Shown piece after piece: positions 23,801-35,800 of a stretch of 38,615 nt of DNA (position 1 is its first letter; every line of letters starts with the position of its first letter). The DNA lies in assembly GCA_032718475.1 (NCBI GenBank), contig JAUCBJ010002815.1, positions 1 to 38,615 of the forward strand. Direction: 5' to 3'. A program made the position numbers and the translations under genes. The notes beneath the pieces were generated by a model, which ran no database searches, was not told the origin of the DNA, and saw only the letters and a list, made by a program, of their open reading frames with translations. This DNA is from Nemertoderma westbladi. Lineage: Eukaryota; Animalia; Xenacoelomorpha.

Positions 23801-26800
23801 CAAGGTGTTACTGTGCGTGATGTGCTTACCAGGAAAAATCCACCACAGATGCCTGTTTCCATGGATTCATTTGCACAATCCACCAGTCCACCACAGTTTG
23901 AGGGAGTTGACATTACCGGGTTCACTGTCCTCAAGGTTGCGCGGACTCTCTCCAAAATTGCTGGTCCAGTTGGTGGTGATTCTGATGTGCTCTGTTAACT
24001 CGCTATGATGCCCACAGCTCCCGCCTCCGTGAAGCTGTTGCTGGTTTGGCTTGTCGTCTAGCCAATAGTATTGTTCCTCGGGGTGAGATACGTGCTCTGC
24101 ATGCCTGCCGTTTGATTGCTCTAGACAAGCAGCCTGGAGTCCGCCCCATTGGGATAAGTGAGGTGCTCTATCGACTGCTGGCGAACTGTATTGCTTCCGC
24201 CACTAAGATGGACATCATCCAGGAGTGTGGAGCTGACCAACTGTGTGCTGGAATGAAAGCTGGGATTGAGGGCGCTGTCCACATGATGGCCTCTATCTTT
24301 GAGGATGACTCCACAGAGGGGATGTTGTTAGTAGACGCCAGAAATACGTTTAACACAATCAGTCACCCCACTGCGTTGTGGAACTGCTGACTTTATTGGC
24401 ACCGAGCGTCTAGATTTCTGTACAACACCTACAATGGCCATGCTGCACTATACATATTAGACAGTGACACACCTATCTGGAGCCGGGAGGGCTGGACACA
24501 GAGTGATCCCCTTGCCATGTATGGCTACGGCTGTGCTACCCTACCATACATCCGGGGTCTCAAAGACATTCAGCCTTTGGTTAAAACACATTTAACTGCA
24601 ACCAGCTACAGTTCACCACCAAGCTCAATCATTGAGCCTGCGGATCACCCGACCAAAACACTTACCCGATGATTAACCCTGCTCATAGCAGCTCCATATC
24701 TACAATAATAGCTGGCCAACAATTAGACTCACAGCACCTCTCACCCACATCCACTTTACCAATAAAAGCAGGTGACAACTTGCCACAGCCAGCTGCTCCT
24801 CAAGCTCCATTGATCCACCCACCTGCTCCATTGCCAAATGATAGATCCAATGCCTCGCAAGAGGCTCAGTGTCAGGGATGTTATGCTGATGACTCATCAA
24901 GTGTGGGAAAACTTGAGGGTATCTGGGTCTGGTGGTCAGCGCTGCTTACAAAGGGTCCCTTGATTTGTTACAACCCAGAATACAACCCTTCCTGCATTCC
25001 GCAGAAGAACAATTCAGCATGCCATCACTAACAATATTGGGGGTTGGCTAATGGTGCAGCCATCCACTCTGGACAACACTGATCTAAATGCAGAGGAATT
25101 TCGCAATGGTCTAGCACTCCAATATAGATTCACCCTGCCAGATCTGTCAGCAAAGTGCGAGGGTTGTGGGAACCTTTTCGCCACCTCACATGCTCTGAGC
25201 TGCAAGTTGGCAGCTTGATAATAAAGCGACATAATGAGGTGCGGGAAGTATTTGGAGACCTCATCACAGAGGTGGTCGGCCCTTCCAGTGTGGAACTCGA
25301 GGTGACCCTTTCCCATGGTCATCTAGATAGAGATGACCATGGTCACTTTAAGCCGGCACAGCATTCTTAAAAATGCAGCTGCAATGCAGCATGCCGATCC
25401 TAGTAGTAGATAGAGAGGGCACTGAGGTGGGTGGTGTGCAGGCTGACCTAGTTGCTTGTGGGGTCTGGATGAACCAACGAGTCGCGTCGTTCGATATAGC
25501 TGTGATTAATGCTGACGCAACTTCTTACAGCCAGACCAATCGCTCAATCGAGTCACTTCTCAAGGCACATTCACGGTATAAGAAGAACCATTACAGGTCC
25601 ATTTGCGAGGAGCTTAGGATGGAGTTTACCCCTTTGTTAGGCACCACCAATGGAGTATGGTGTGCTGAGACCACTATTTTGATCAGACATCTCGCGGAGT
25701 CACTCGTGGTAAGGCGCGATGGGATGCGCGGGAGAGGTTTTGGTTGCGTTTTGGGTTTGGGTGGATTCTACCGGAGACTGCTCTTTGCGCTCATCCGCTC
25801 CAGCTCCCTCTGCCTGCGTGGAGGGTGGCGACCTTGGAGAAGCCTGGGGGTTGGTGATGGCGCTCGGTTGAGGGGTTTCGGACTTTCTGGAAATTACTGA
25901 TGCTCTGCTGCACCTCTAGTCATTCTGACTGCCACATTTATTGCCATCACAATATGTTGAATTTTATTAACTCATAACATTGAAGATTATCTCGACGTTT
26001 TTTAATGGTGGTGATGAAACAAGAACAAAGACTATATGAACTATATGAACTATATATACTAAACAATATATAATACTAACTAGTACATACTTTGTTTATC
26101 TGTCAATACTCATATTATATATAATTAGCTACCTATGAGGTAAACAAAATGTTTTATCAAATATCTCAAAATCCATCGTCACAAGATTTTGAAATTATTA
26201 TTTTTGTAATCAGCGTGTTGAGCTCTATCAAAAAATGCAATAAGTTTGTCGGGAATTTTTCTTCGACTAAAAGTTGGTTTTGCCCCACTGTGTGATGTCC
26301 GTGTACTGCCTTACCGGTACCGCCTATCTCATTCTGTGGTTGTGTGCAAAGTTATATTATTTTATGCCTATGCTTCTGCTGTCTGTCTTGTGTTAGACTG
26401 CACTTCTGTGGATCTCATTGTTATTATATCGGTAATGTAGTATATATTTATTGCTGCGATGGTTTTTAATGGATTTTTAATTGCTTTATTGGAACTATCT
26501 TTGAAATTATTGATGCGTTTTATATTTTACCGAGAGTCTAATAGACTCCACATATCTCATGCTGTAACAGTAACACAGTCTGCAACACTGAATAGTTAGT
26601 TATTCTTTAATGCATGGTTAACATACTATACTGACAGAACACGGGGACATAAAATATTTTATTATAAAATAATAATAATATCAAATAACAATTAACAATA
26701 TAAATAATATGGTAGCATCAATAAGGTAGCAATAAGGTAGCAATATGGTAGCAGTAGCATCAATAAGGTAGCAATAATATGGTAGCATCAATGGTTTAAA

Positions 26801-29800
26801 TATAAACTATAAATTGATGTGGTTTTTGCAGACAGACACAGTATCTTGGAAGGTATAACTTTAAAAGTGTTTCATGTTTAGTTTCATTTTTATATATAAA
26901 GATATATTACATATTAATTTAAAAATGTCAGATAATATATTCATTTTTCAATATTATTAGCAAAATGTAGAAAATTATCTTATTATCGTTCATTATTATT
27001 TAGTGACAATGATTACCAAGGATATAGACGCATTCTGAATCCAGGAATTTATCAATACCCTGATGCATTTCGCCCAATATTAGATGATAGTTTATCTTCT
27101 GTTCGAAGACTTAAGGAAACTGTTACAAACGACTGTCCGAGTCCCTGGATTATACTTTACCCAAATGAGAACTTTGAAGGATTATCTTTGGAATTTCATG
27201 GAGATTTTTTATCTGATGCTTTGAAATACAGTGGTGAGATGGACAACGCAATTTCAAGTATTCGCGTTAAATGTGGAAGGTATGTACCCCGCAGTGCCCT
27301 GGACTATAGGAAGGTATGTACCCCGCAGCGTCCCAGAATATAGGAAGGTATGTACCCCACAGTGCCCCATAATATAGGAAGGTATGTACCCCACAGCGTC
27401 CCAGAATATAGGAAGGTATGTACCCCACAGCGTCCCAGAATATAGGAAGGTATTTACCCCGCAGTGCCCTGGACTATAGGAAGGATGTACCCAGCGCAGT
27501 TCCATGGACTATAGGAAGGTATGTACCCCACAGCGTTCCAGAATATAGGAAGGTATGTACCCCACAGCGTCCCAGAATATAGGAAGGTATGTACCCCGCA
27601 GTGCCCCAGACTATAGGAAGGTATGTACCCAGCGCAGTTCCATGGACTATAGGAAGGTATGTACCCCACAGCGTCCCAGAATATAGGAAGGTATGTACCC
27701 CACAGTGCCCCAGACTATAGGAAGGTATGTACCCCACAGCGTCCCAGAATATAGGAAGGTATGTACCCCGCAGTGCCCCAGACTATAGGAAGGTATGTAC
27801 CCAGCGCAGTTCCATGGACTATAGGAAGGTATGTACCCCACAGCGTCCCAGAATATAGGAAGGTATGTACCCCGCAGTGCCCCAGACTATAGGAAGGTAT
27901 TTACCCCGCAGTTCCCTGAACTATAGGAAGGATGTACCCAGCGCAGTTCCATGGACTATAGGAAGGTATGTACCCCACAGCGTCCCAGAATATAGGAAGG
28001 TATGTACCCCACAGCGTCCCAGAATATAGGAAGGTATGTACCCCGCAGTGCCCCAGACTATAGGAAGGTATGTACCCAGCGCAGTTCCATGGACTATAGG
28101 AAGGTATGTACCCCACAGCGTCCCAGAATATAGGAAGGTATGTACCCCACAGTGCCCCAAAATATAAGAAGGTATGTACCCCGCAGCGCTTCGTAATATA
28201 GGAAGGTGTGTACCTGGCAGTGTGTTACAATATATGGCGTTGTGTACTAAGACAACCCATCGTAAAGTATAGAATAATTAGATAAGTCGTATTGATGTAC
28301 AGCCGTAATTAGATAGGGTAAATAATTACACAAGTTCATTTATACTCAACCGATTTTATACAGTATGTAGCCATACTTACGTAATTTAATAATAAAACCT
28401 TAGTATATTAATTTGCTGTGGCAAACTTCTATAAAACACGAATATGAATTTGCCGTTTCTTGAAATCACTCGAATTTAACATGTATTTGTGCTAATGTCA
28501 TTTATATTTCTCTATAAATCAATGCTGTATCGAATTAATACCTAAATTGTGCTTTAATAATTGCCAAATTAAGTTGAGGCGGTTAGGTGCTTAAATGATC
28601 GCCAAATTAAGTCCTGCGCACTGGTTGGCTGAAAATCCAGCTGAGAGAACCCTGGATTCGCCTAATCAGTGAGTAGGCTTAGACATTGCATCATTCTTGC
28701 AGTTTATTAGTAGCCATCTTTATTCTTGAAATTTTGTACTTCCGTTTGATTGTAAAATTGCTGATTTATGCTGTTGCTGTTGCTTGATTTATGACTTTTG
28801 AATATGATTACTGCTTGAACTGACTCTTGATTATTTCTTATTCTTTGTTATGTAGTAGATCCTAATCAAAGATTTCCTTTTCGACTGTCAGACTGTATGT
28901 CCGACATGCTTGCGCCGATACGGTAATTACTTGCTTTAGCATAAGGGATAGCTAAGGGAACCGGTAGGCATCGCGGGAGGCGCCCGCGATGCCTACCGGG
29001 CGCACTGTTGGAAGCGACGAGAGGTGGAGAGGAGAGGTGGAGGTCCAATGTGTGGCAAAGCTGGTGGGGGCCAGTAGTTGTGGTCGGGCGAATCAAAGTA
29101 GAGGACCGGGGACCGGTCGTCATAATGGCTTTTGGGGGCTGGCGAACAAGATTTCGTCTCAGTAATGCTTGGCTGTAGTGCTGTTTTAACGGGTTTAGCT
29201 AGGGAGACCGCGTTTAGTTTGGGTGGCCTTGGCTTCTTACACTAGTTCTACGCTAGCACTAGGAATGCCGCAAACGCTGCTTTATGTTGTGTTGTGTAGA
29301 AGGAGCCTGATTCTTGATTGTGATGTTTAGATAGGCGCTATTTTCTTGATTGTTTCTATTTCTAATTTATGCTTGTAAATTTCTGTCCTGAGGGCGCCAT
29401 CTTTTAATACAGTGCCCTTGACTATAAGAAGGTATGTACCCCGTAGCACCCAGTAATATAGAAGGGTATGTGCCCTGTACGCCCCGTAATATAGAAAGGC
29501 ATGTACCCCACAGTGTCCCAGAATATAGGAAGGTATGTATAATAATAATAATAAATGATATTTGTATTTGGTGTTGCAGGCGCCCTTAGGGAGTATTTAC
29601 ACTCTTATCAGGGCGCCTGCAGCTGCCGCACTTATCTAATTTACAATTACCGGTAAACAAAAGGGTTTTCAGTTCGCGCCTAAATGAGTCATAGGTCATC
29701 ATGGATTCAGTTGATCGGGTCGATGGCGGTAGTTTATTCCACAAACGAGGGGCAAACGAGTAGAAGCTCTTCGATGCTAGGGTGTTTTTCACAAGTGGGA

Positions 29801-32800
29801 CAGAAAGCTTTGAGAGATTGCTGGATCGCAACGTACGGGTATCCTCAAGGATAGATATTTCATTGCGCAAATAAGTCGGGGCAGTCCCAGACAGACATTT
29901 AAATGTGATACAAGCAAGCTTATAATTAATCCGCGATTCAATGGCCAGTCAGTGAAGGGATTTCAGCATTGCCGTTGCCGAGGTGTACTTGTATTATCCA
30001 TTGATAACACGATATCGCGGAGATAGAATGAGTAACCAATCTTGCAGCACTGTTTTGTATCATTTATAGACGTTTAACTACTGATTTAGCGGATGTTTTA
30101 AGGACAGCGTTTGAATAGTCGATTCTGCTGGTTATGAATGCGTGGACTAGGGTTTCTAGAGCTGAAGTTGTAAGGTAAGGCCGAATTTTATACAAAGACC
30201 GGATATAATATTTCGATTTCGCTGCTGTTGCTACTATCTGATCTTTAAATTTCAATTCACTATCAAACACAACTCCGAGAGATTTAACCTTATCAGAGAA
30301 ATCTATCTTAACGTTTCTGTATACAATTGTTCTAGCATTCAGAGGTATCTTCATTCTTTGTTGTTTCGTGCCATATACAATCAGTTCAGGTTTATCTGGG
30401 TTAATTTGTAGGTGATTAACGTCCATCCAATCAGCAACAATATGTAGCACAGCAGTGATACGAGTCTTCAGGGTCTCTATATCTTCAGCATATCCAGTCA
30501 CAAAGAATTGTGTTTCATCAGCATAGTTAGCACCTTTCACTCCTAATGCATCCACACGCCAGAACAGGTCAGTCATATACGCATTATAAAGTGCTGGCCC
30601 AAGGATACTTCCCTGAGGCACGCCGGTTTGAAGCAATGTTTTATAAGATGTACTCTCATCAATTTTCACGCATTGATGTCTGTCAGCTAAATAGGACTCA
30701 AAGAGATTAAGTGCAGCACCAGTGAACCCAAATTCTTTACTGAGCTTAAATATAAGGTTTTTGTGATGGACAGTGTCGAACGCCGCACTCAAATTAATAT
30801 AGGAGCACAAAGTAACTTGTTGATTTTCTATTCCCTTAAGAAATTTATTTAGAAGAAATAGATTAGCAGTTTCAGTGGAATGGTGCCGTCTGTAACCAGA
30901 CTGTGTCTGGTGAAAAGCTAGCTGTGGTGTAGCTCTATAAAGTATCACTTTCTCAACTACCTTAGATAAGAAACTAAGGTTTGACACTGGTCGATAATTT
31001 TTTAATATCTCAGCATCCAACTCCGGTTTCTTTAAGAGAGGCTTACGATAGACAGTTTAAGAAAGGCTGGGAATTCCGCATCTGCTAAAACCATGTTTAT
31101 ATACATCGTTAAGGGCTGAATAAAAACGGGAATTATTGATTTAAATAAAGGCGTTGGCATACAGTCCAGTTCGCAAGTTGCATTTGACATCTTCCTTATG
31201 AGTTGAGCTAAGTCTTCCTCTTGAAAAGGCTGAAATTCACAAAAGTCTGTTTTATACAATTTTGGGAGACTATTACATCGACTGCTCGTATTGAATGTCA
31301 ACATAATAGTGTTAATTTTTTCAGTGAAAAAATGTGAGAACTTTGTTGCTAACTCAGCACTATTGCCATGCTTAGTCGGTAAAACAAGGTTTCCTCCCTT
31401 TCCCAATAACCTTTTAAACTGTTTCCACAGAAGTTTTGACTTAGTCGAATTGGTATTAATATAATCGCAGTAAAACGCCCTTGTAGAATCGCGAAGCAAT
31501 TTCGCTAGGTCCGACTTTGCTATATTTAAATTAACTTTGTTCTGCTCAGTCCGTTCTTTGTGAAACGCAAGTTCACACCGTCTCTTCTCCTTCCGTTTAG
31601 TCTGGATCCCCTCCATATCTTCCTCCCTGATTTTCGAGTGTTTAGTGTTGATCTTTACAATCTTATCTTTCATGGGAACATGTCGTTCAAACAAATTCCT
31701 CAGGTTCTTTACCCACGCCTCAAACCCTTTGCATGTTAAATCTCCACTACTCTTATCCAATCCATTAACTTTCAGCTCCGTTATAAATTTATCCTTATCA
31801 AAGTTTTTCCAGGCTCGAAAACTTCTCCGTTCCTCATAAGATTTAGAGACATTTCTGGACAGATTCGATATCCATCGCATACTGGCATGATCACTAAACA
31901 CTAATTAATGTAAATGTAAACAAATGTATCCAGCAGTGCCCCATAATATAGGAATGTTTGTACCCAGCAGTGCCCCATAATATAGGAAGGTATGTACCCA
32001 GCAGTGCCCCATAATATAGGAAGGTATGTACCCAGCAGTGCCCCATAATATAGGAAGGTATGTACCCAGCAGTGCCCCATAATATAGGAAGGTATGTACC
32101 CAGCAGTGCCCCATAATATAGGAAGGTATGTACCCAGCAGTGCCCAGTTATATAGGAAGGTATGTACCCCACAGTGCCCCATAATATACGAATTTGTGTA
32201 CCCCGCAGCGCCCAGTAATATAGGAAGGTATGTACCCCACAGCGTCCCAGAATATAGGAAGGTATGTACCCAGCAGTGCCCCATAATATATGAAGGTATG
32301 TACCCAGCAGTGCCCTCTACAATAAGAAGGTATTTAAAAAGGAAAAGTAATTAAAAAAAGATTCAATTCAAACAACTAGCGTTCCGTATTCATAATATTA
32401 TATCTATAATTCAGTATGAAATATTGAAATATATATATTTGTAATATTAAAATTGGGCTTGGGGTGGGGGTGGGGGAGCAGAGAGGAGATCGTAGAGATC
32501 CTGTTGCCGGTCAGGATTGCTATGGGGATTCGTTGGAGGAGGAACCGCGATCTTTGGCTCCTGAGTGAGCTTGGGCTCCTGAGCTTTGAGGCGGTTGCCC
32601 ACCTTCTTTAGGAATGCAGCCGTCTCAGGGCCGGGTCGACCAGGAGGGTCTCGAAGGCTACCGCGTGGTATGAAAATAACTTATATTTTATTGGCGCAAT
32701 TGTAGGACTAATCCCATCACATGCGTACTTTTTAACCGGATTGTGTACAAATTTAAGAATCGCGTAATTTTTCTTGAAATTAATATCTCATATCTCTCCA

Positions 32801-35800
32801 AACCACGTACGCGTTTCGACCTTACTGGGTCTCATCAGCGTGGTGTCGGATTCGAACCTGGGACCTCGAGGTGGAAGCCGAGACTACAACCACTAGGCCA
32901 CAGGTTCTTGAGATATGGAGTATTAATTTCAAAGCCAGCTGCCATTTTATTAGATTATTGATAGTTTTATTGATAATATTATTCATTATTTTGATTATTG
33001 ATAGTAACAATGTGTTGGCAAGCTGTATTTTTCGAGGTGTTTGTTATTATACATTTATTATAGGAAGGGATCTAGGGGTCTTTTGATGAGACCCAGTAAG
33101 GTCGAAACGCGTACGTGGTTTGGAGAGATATGAGATATTAATTTCAAGAAAAATTTATTTATTTGTACACTACCCGGTTAAAAAGTACGCATGTGATGGG
33201 ATTACGTCCTACAATTGCGCCAATAAAAGATAAGTTATTTTCGGTAAAATAAACTTATCATTCGAGGTAAAGACCCCTAGATCCCTTCCTATAATAAATT
33301 TATAATAACAAACACCTCGAAAAATACAGCTTGCCAACACATTGTTACTATCAAGTATGAAAATAATATATGGTGAAAAATAATTTATTATTTGACACCT
33401 GAAGAAGATGACAATAATTTATTGAAAGCTAGTTTTCTTTGATATTTAAATTTGATTAATTTGTCTTTTATTTTATGTATATTTATATAGAATGTAAATA
33501 AACAAAAAAATTTTCCTTACAGTTGGATTTTGCTTGACGGTGGTTTGTGGACTGGTGCCTATGCTATAGTATCTCCAGGCGACTACCCAAATTCCTACAG
33601 TATTGCTCCAAATTGGGTTGATAACACTCTATCCAGGTAAATACTAAATTTAGCATTTTTTAAGGGAGGGAGTGACTTACGGTCCTCCCATAAGGTTTTT
33701 AAAGGTAATGGTGGGGCGAGTCAAAACTGCGAGCCATCAGCGAACTGTTATAATTATACTATGGCCGTTTTCTGAAGGGATGTGGGTGTGTGTGTGTGTG
33801 TGTGTCGGAAGCCAATAATTAACTGCCTTTTCCTTAAAAAAAAGTCCTAGCAGCCAATAAACGCTGAGTATTCCTAGCTTTACTTGTCGTCAGAGGCAAC
33901 CTGCCACTTCCCTTGCCAGCTTGCTTTCACGTAATCTTCCACTTGATGTTGCACAGAGACTACTAGCGGTTGTTCGCGGAATTGAATTAGCCATAATATA
34001 TTTACAATTGTTCGCTAAGATTTGTTCGCTTGCAGTTTTTTTTGCACGAAGGCCCCACTCGTGTTTACTCTGTGGGGAGCGGCAACACTGTGCAGGACTG
34101 TTGGTAGTAAACAGATTGATGACTCATCTTGATTATATTACAGTACTGTAGTCAGGTAAATACAATAATGTGGGACAATATAGCTTGAAGGAAGGGACTT
34201 ACTGTCTAAGTACCGTTAATAATCCTATCTCATTATCTCATAATGAAATACTGTCTGATTTCCTCATTCGTCGACGCCCTGTTCAACCAAAGTCTTGTTT
34301 CAAATTTTTTTAACAATGTTTACAATCCATAGTTGTTAAAATATATATAAATAGTAAAAGTAAATAATTTCAAGTCAGCGTGAAATATGCCGTGAAATAA
34401 ATTAAACACAATGATGGACGGGTTATATATCATGGTGTAAAATAAAGTAACTGTAATTTTTCTGTATGATTGTATACCGTTTTCTATGGTCAAGCTAAGG
34501 CCTATCAGTAAGTCATTCATCACAGATAAAGACAGCACAATATACATAGTACCGGCTGGTGTCTCTCAGTTAGCTACCTGTGCATGTAATCTGCGCATAC
34601 TAAATAGGTTGTTACCTTTACAGTACCGGTACTGGAATAATAACAACGATTTCTGATAAATAAAGCTTGGAATCTTGAAAATAATACGATATTATTGTTC
34701 TATTTAAATAAAGTACCTGTATTTCACTTTCGGGCTCTCATTTCAGATTTCATTCATAAGCTTACACTAGTTCTTGGAAATATTCCCATACTATCCCGCG
34801 TGAAATACAATGCTACTTTATTTAATAAGAATATAGTTATTATTTCATGGAACAGCATTTAAAATTCATAGATTCAAACACATTTAGTCCCCACCATGCA
34901 ATCCACAATTGACAGGCCCAATGCAGCGTGCATTAAGAATTCTATGCCGGATTATCAACACAGTTTCACCGCACAACTCCTTATATATCCCCCATGACTT
35001 TCGCCAGATCATCAGCATCTTCAAGGCCAGTGTCCTTTAACCCTTACAAACCCCTTACAATTTTTCTACTCCTGAAACGCCCAGGATTCCACCCCCCCCC
35101 CCCCCCCCCCCTACTGATCTTGGCTATTTGTGAATGGATTTTTTTGAAATTTGGTGGATACCTACACATGCATATTACAAACTCAAAATCAAAAAAATCA
35201 CAGAATGTGAAAATCACAGTAATGACACCGTAGTGGCACTTTTCGCATAGGGAACCAAAAATTTGTTTTGAACCATGCTTATTGCGACTCTATAATGTTT
35301 GAATGTTTTTTGAAAATTGGTCAAACCGTAAACAAACATATTAAATAATATGTAAATTATAAATAATAATAAATAATAAATGGATCTGAAGAAATTTTAT
35401 GTATTTACAAGTGTATTTACAAGTATTTACATGTTTTTTTGTATACGATACAACCACGCTGATTCCAAATCCGTTGTCTATTTTTTCACTGCAATTCAAG
35501 TTTTTCCGCAATTGCGAAATCAATTTTTTGGCATTTTCCTACTTGCACTTTTCGTGCTATCGTGGTGCTTCTTAAAAATTCAGAATTTTGACATAGAATT
35601 ATACACAATCTTGTGTCAATCAGCCTTTAAAATAGCCCAATATCACCGATATATACGGCATTGGGTATAAGTTAACTGAAACAAGTATTTTATTTGAAAA
35701 TTATATATTTGAAAATTTCTAGTAGGGGATCTTTTAATTTTCGAGCAATTTTGGGTAACTAGAGCGTCTTATAATTGTCACCAATGAAATCAGCACATAC

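Larger units (their letters stand above)
21417..25960 (+). mobile_element. CRE-like (RLE-type) non-LTR retrotransposon, decayed, carrying two nested RTE insertions
   Basis: Zn finger CPIC...LRVHGP...CLGS. RT motifs LIALDKQPGVRPIGI, QLCAG..AGIEGAVH, LLVDA.N.FN, EG.TQ.DPLAM, YADD. RLE motifs CEGC...HALSCK...RHNEVRE, ADL, FDIAVINADA.SY, FTPL, CLRG. Boundaries approximate. Confidence 0.88.
32680..33354. mobile_element. Retrozyme/SINE-like insertion (tRNA-like promoter + hammerhead ribozyme), two arms head-to-head, 12-bp TSD
   Basis: TSD gtatgaaaataa at 32668-32679 and 33355-33366. Inverted repeat pairs 32672-32837/33084-33242 and 32998-33083/33269-33354. Confidence 0.85.

Noticed and set aside
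27254-28160. Repetitive ORFs (GYIPSY/GHCGVHTFLY), also 31894-32354
   Set aside because: These are translations of the 34-bp tandem unit cycling through frames.
27275-32333. CRISPR-like array (constant tataggaaggtatgtaccc + variable part)
   Set aside because: The variable parts are only ~15 nt, homologous and recurrent. There are no cas genes and the context is a eukaryotic intron. It is a minisatellite.
32841-32904. Functional tRNA gene (also ~2945-3012)
   Set aside because: A/B boxes are present, but there is no proper acceptor stem and both lie within TSD-flanked insertions.
32672-33354. DIRS-type ITR/ICR structure
   Set aside because: The internal junction joins the inner rather than the terminal ends of the repeats, a TSD is present, and there is no tyrosine recombinase.
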